The notes beneath the pieces were generated by a model. It searched no databases, was not told where the DNA came from, and was given only the letters and a program-made list of their open reading frames with translations. This document shows, one piece after another, positions 61,030 to 64,000 of a DNA stretch of 64,000 nucleotides (positions are counted from its first letter, which is position 1; every line of letters starts with the position of its first letter). Origin of the DNA: Betaproteobacteria bacterium (lineage in GTDB: Bacteria; Pseudomonadota; Gammaproteobacteria; Burkholderiales; SG8-41); the NCBI GenBank assembly GCA_900299145.1, contig OMIN01000149.1:41745-105744 (forward strand), written 5' to 3'. The position numbers were made by a program, and so were the translations under genes.

Positions 61030-61919
61030 GTACCACAAGTATCAACTGGTTTCCCGGCCATATGGCGGTGGCGGTTGCCAAGGCAAAGGAAGCGACTGCG
61101 GACAACGACGTGATCATCGAAGTGCTGGACGCACGCTGTCCGATGGCAAGTTCCAACCCGCTGGTTGATTCCCTGCGCCTGCACCGGCAGCGGCCCTGTC
61201 TCAAGGTGCTCAACAAGGCGGATCTCGCCGATGCCACTGTGACCACGGCGTGGCTGGGTTATTTCAATGCGCAGAAAAACGTGAAGGCGATAGCGTTGTC
61301 CTGCAAAAAGCCGGGCGACGCGGCGAAGGTGCTGGCGGCGGCAAAAAAGCTAGCGCCACATCGCAGTGACGCCTTCAAGCCGCTGCGCATGATGATCATG
61401 GGCGTGCCCAACGTGGGCAAGTCGACGTTGATCAATGCGCTGCTCAAGCGCCGCGCGGCGAAGGTTGGCGACGAACCGGCGGTGACCAAGGTGCTGGCGC
61501 GTTACGACTTGTCGCCGGAAGCGAGCCTGACTGATACGCCGGGCCTGATGTGGCCGCGCATCGACGTCGAGGCCGACGGGCTGATGCTGGCCGCGAGCCA
61601 CACCATCGGCGTGCGTGCGTATCACGAAAGTGAAGTGGCGGTGTTTTTGGGGGAGATTTTGCTGGCGCGATATCCTCGCGCGTTGGCCGGACGCTATGGC
61701 ACCCAGGCCGTTGTCACGGATGGCGCAGGCGTGGTGGAGGCCGTGGCGGCACGGCGCGGATACCGCCTGAAGGGGGCGGGCTTTGATCTTGAAAAAGCGG
61801 CAATCACGTTGCTTAATGATTATCGCAGCGGCGCGCTGGGAAAGGTGAGTCTGGAGACGCCAGGAAACGCGCCGCGTCTGAGAGCGGCCCATACGTTGAC
61901 AGAAGAAAAACTTAATTAA
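61026..61919 (+). CDS. ylqF: Ribosome biogenesis GTPase RbgA/YlqF
   Basis: INWFPGHM, EVLDAR.P, NKAD, GVPNVGKS, DTPG (circularly permuted GTPase). Confidence 0.93.
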   Translation: MSTTSINWFPGHMAVAVAKAKEATADNDVIIEVLDARCPMASSNPLVDSLRLHRQRPCLKVLNKADLADATVTTAWLGYFNAQKNVKAIALSCKKPGDAAKVLAAAKKLAPHRSDAFKPLRMMIMGVPNVGKSTLINALLKRRAAKVGDEPAVTKVLARYDLSPEASLTDTPGLMWPRIDVEADGLMLAASHTIGVRAYHESEVAVFLGEILLARYPRALAGRYGTQAVVTDGAGVVEAVAARRGYRLKGAGFDLEKAAITLLNDYRSGALGKVSLETPGNAPRLRAAHTLTEEKLN

Positions 61920-61935
61920 AACAGATACTTACTGT

Positions 61936-61970
61936 AAAACAAAAGCCCCGCGCAAATTTCGCACGGGGCT
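61936..61970 (-). terminator. Intrinsic terminator for the glycine-zipper gene
   Basis: Minus strand AGCCCCGTGC-GAAATTT-GCGCGGGGCT followed by TTTGTTTT. Confidence 0.7.
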
Positions 61971-62005
61971 GCCGGATTGGGCGTCTGGAAGGGTGGCTTG
62001 GTTGC

Positions 62006-62917
62006 TTAGTTGTATTGCAGCCGCCCCTCAATAATGCGCACACGCTCGCCCGCGCGGAACGCGGGTTCAGTGTCGTACGGAAACACGCGGGTCGAGCCGT
62101 CTTCCATGCGCACCACCACTTCATAGCGGCGGCCGGAACTGGTGCGACGCTCAATCTGGTGTCCGGCATACGCGCCGCCGGCGACGCCCGCGACAGTGGC
62201 GACCGTGCGACCCGTGCCGCGGCCCACCTGATTGCCCAGCAAACCGCCGGCCACTCCACCGATCACCGCACCCAAACCACTGGCTTCGCCAGCGACCGAT
62301 TGCACGACGACGTTTTCCACTGTACCGCAATTGCCGCACTGCGCAGGCGACTGCTGCGTTACCACGGCGGGCGGATAAGGCGTGGCTGCAGGCGCGGTCA
62401 CGGGCGCCGGCACGGCACTGCCGGGCGGCGGCGAAGGATAGGCGGGCGCTTGTGTGACGGGCGCGGGGTAAGTGGATTGAACGGGCGTGGTCGCGGCGGG
62501 GTACGACAGCACGCTCGGCTGCGTATTATTCGCGGCTGCACCAGCAGCGGGCATGCCAGCGGGCGCGGGATCAAAGGGCGCAGCCGACGGAGGCGTTTGC
62601 CGAGTAGATTGCACTTGAGCGACTTGCTGGGGGGCGACGGTGGCGGCCGCTGCGGTCTGAATTTGCTCAGGTTGTCCCGTGCCAGCAGGGCTGGTCTGGG
62701 CGGTTTCCTTGTTAAGTGAAACTTTCATGGGCTCGGCGGCGGGTGCAGAGACCGGCTTTACCGCCGGGGCGCGTGCTTTTTCCGCCACCTTGCTGAACTC
62801 ATCCGCGCCTGCGTCATAGTCCATCGCCATGCCGAAGACCGCGGCAACAGCTGCCACGCCAGCCACGGCGGCTATGGTTCCCAAGGAACTGGATTTGGTG
62901 GTGGTTTCGTCAGCCAT
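62006..62917 (-). CDS. Glycine zipper 2TM (SlyB-like) protein with Pro/Ala-rich linker
   Basis: C.NCG.V, GAVIGGVAGGLLGNQVG.G.GR..ATVAG, YEVVVRMEDG; AGGAG RBS. Confidence 0.85.
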   Translation of the reverse strand: MADETTTKSSSLGTIAAVAGVAAVAAVFGMAMDYDAGADEFSKVAEKARAPAVKPVSAPAAEPMKVSLNKETAQTSPAGTGQPEQIQTAAAATVAPQQVAQVQSTRQTPPSAAPFDPAPAGMPAAGAAANNTQPSVLSYPAATTPVQSTYPAPVTQAPAYPSPPPGSAVPAPVTAPAATPYPPAVVTQQSPAQCGNCGTVENVVVQSVAGEASGLGAVIGGVAGGLLGNQVGRGTGRTVATVAGVAGGAYAGHQIERRTSSGRRYEVVVRMEDGSTRVFPYDTEPAFRAGERVRIIEGRLQYN

Positions 62918-63076
62918 TTGGTTTCTCCTTGGACGGCAGCGGGCTACTGATCCCCGGCGCCGCAATCCCCGGTGCCGCGCGTTACTTTCCAAACGTGAGC
63001 ATAGCACGACTGCCGCTCGTCGCGTGCGAAAATTATTTAATTAAAACAGATACTTATGTTGTGGCATGGCAATGGG

Positions 63077-64000
63077 TCAGGTTTGCAGTTCGGCGCGGCC
63101 GCGGAACAGTTCAAGTGCTTCGGGATTGGCAAGCGCCTCGCGATTTTTCACTGGCCGGCCATGCACAATGTTGCGCACTGCAAGTTCGACAATTTTGCCG
63201 CTGCGGGTGCGCGGGATGTCGGCGACCTGAAGCACTTTATCGGGCACGTGGCGTGGCGTGGTGTTTTCACGGATGTGTTGCTTGATTTTATTGATTAGTG
63301 CCTCGTCAAGTGTCAGCTCATCGCGCAGCCGCACGAACAGAATCACACGCACATCGCTGGGTTGTTGTGGCGGCCAATCCTGCCCGATGGCAATGCTCTC
63401 GACGACTTCTTCGAGTTTTTCAACCTGCCGGTAAATTTCGGCCGTGCCGATGCGCACGCCGCCGGGATTCAGCACCGCGTCGGAGCGGCCATAGATGACA
63501 AGCCCGCCATGTTCGGTGTATTCGAGATAATCGCCGTGGCACCACACGTTCGGGTAACGGTCGAAATACGCTGCGTGATATTTTGCGCCATCAGCATCGT
63601 TCCAGAAACCCAGCGGCATCGACGGAAATGGCGCTGTGCACACCAGCTCGCCTTTTTCGCGTTGCAGTGAGCGGCCATCCTCGTCGAATACTTCCACTTT
63701 CATGCCGAGGCCTGGCGACTGAATTTCTCCACGCCATACCGGTGCGTTCGGATTGCCCAATGCAAAGCACGACACGATGTCGGTGCCGCCGGATATCGAG
63801 GCGACGTGTAACTCACGCTTGATGTTGCGGTAGATGTAGTCGAAGCCCTCCGGCGCGAGTGGCGAGCCGGTGGAGAGCAGGGCTTTCAGATGCGGCAGCT
63901 TGTGCGACACCGCGGGTTCCAGATTGAGTTTGGCGATGGCGTCAATGTATTTCGCGGCGGTGCCAAAAATAGTGATGTTTTCGGCTTCGGCGTAATCCCA
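63077..64000 (-). CDS. Acetoacetyl-CoA synthetase, C-terminal part (5' end outside window)
   Basis: [48 protein letters not shown]. Confidence 0.92.
   Translation of the reverse strand, partial: WDYAEAENITIFGTAAKYIDAIAKLNLEPAVSHKLPHLKALLSTGSPLAPEGFDYIYRNIKRELHVASISGGTDIVSCFALGNPNAPVWRGEIQSPGLGMKVEVFDEDGRSLQREKGELVCTAPFPSMPLGFWNDADGAKYHAAYFDRYPNVWCHGDYLEYTEHGGLVIYGRSDAVLNPGGVRIGTAEIYRQVEKLEEVVESIAIGQDWPPQQPSDVRVILFVRLRDELTLDEALINKIKQHIRENTTPRHVPDKVLQVADIPRTRSGKIVELAVRNIVHGRPVKNREALANPEALELFRGRAELQT

Larger units (their letters stand above)
4772..63056. repeat. Dispersed IHF-like 14-mer TAA[GC]TAT[CT]TGTTTT, 13 copies
   Basis: Plus strand: 4772, 12078, 13913, 16489, 18260, 23378, 27684, 30078, 51185. 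Minus strand: 45880, 55481, 61918, 63043. Confidence 0.85.

Noticed and set aside
61026-61919. RbgA/YlqF as unusual in a proteobacterium
   Set aside because: Absent from E. coli but common in other beta- and gammaproteobacteria
4772-63056. The recurring 14-mer as a CRISPR repeat or Neisseria-type uptake sequence
   Set aside because: Copies are kilobases apart in both orientations with no spacer array or cas genes, and they do not form inverted pairs in terminators as DUS often does

Overview
A 64-kb stretch of a GC-rich betaproteobacterial chromosome (Burkholderiales/Nitrosomonadales-like, judged from Bug-family binding proteins, the rimP-nusA-infB-rbfA-truB-rpsO-pnp block, dksA and alaC-hom-thrC). 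Housekeeping genes: the translation operon, tRNA-Arg(TCT), tRNA-His(GTG), threonine genes, nadC and rbgA. Accessory genes: (1) an 8-gene operon (GntR, APS-reductase-like flavoprotein, AprB-like ferredoxin, HEAT repeat, ABC transporter, DUF971) preceded by an NtrC-like box, an IHF-like site and a sigma54 promoter, with a NosL-like domain on its binding protein; (2) a single-chain GltD/PyrK (NfnB-NfnA-like) Fe-S flavoprotein; (3) lexA-imuA-imuB with an SOS box but no dnaE2; (4) a Tat-exported sulfite oxidase-family enzyme with a diheme cytochrome c; (5) three signalling genes and a prpF-family gene, each broken by one lesion. Unannotated signals: a 53-codon mini-ORF between alaC and hom that repeats the AlaC C-terminus with only synonymous changes behind a double-hairpin core; an IHF-like 14-mer, TAA[GC]TAT[CT]TGTTTT, found 13 times (about 18 with variants), including inside genes and on stop codons; REP-like palindromes next to low-GC orphan genes; and short tandem repeats in several spacers. 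No CRISPR array, transposase or integrase was seen. All family assignments come from motif recognition by eye, not database searches.
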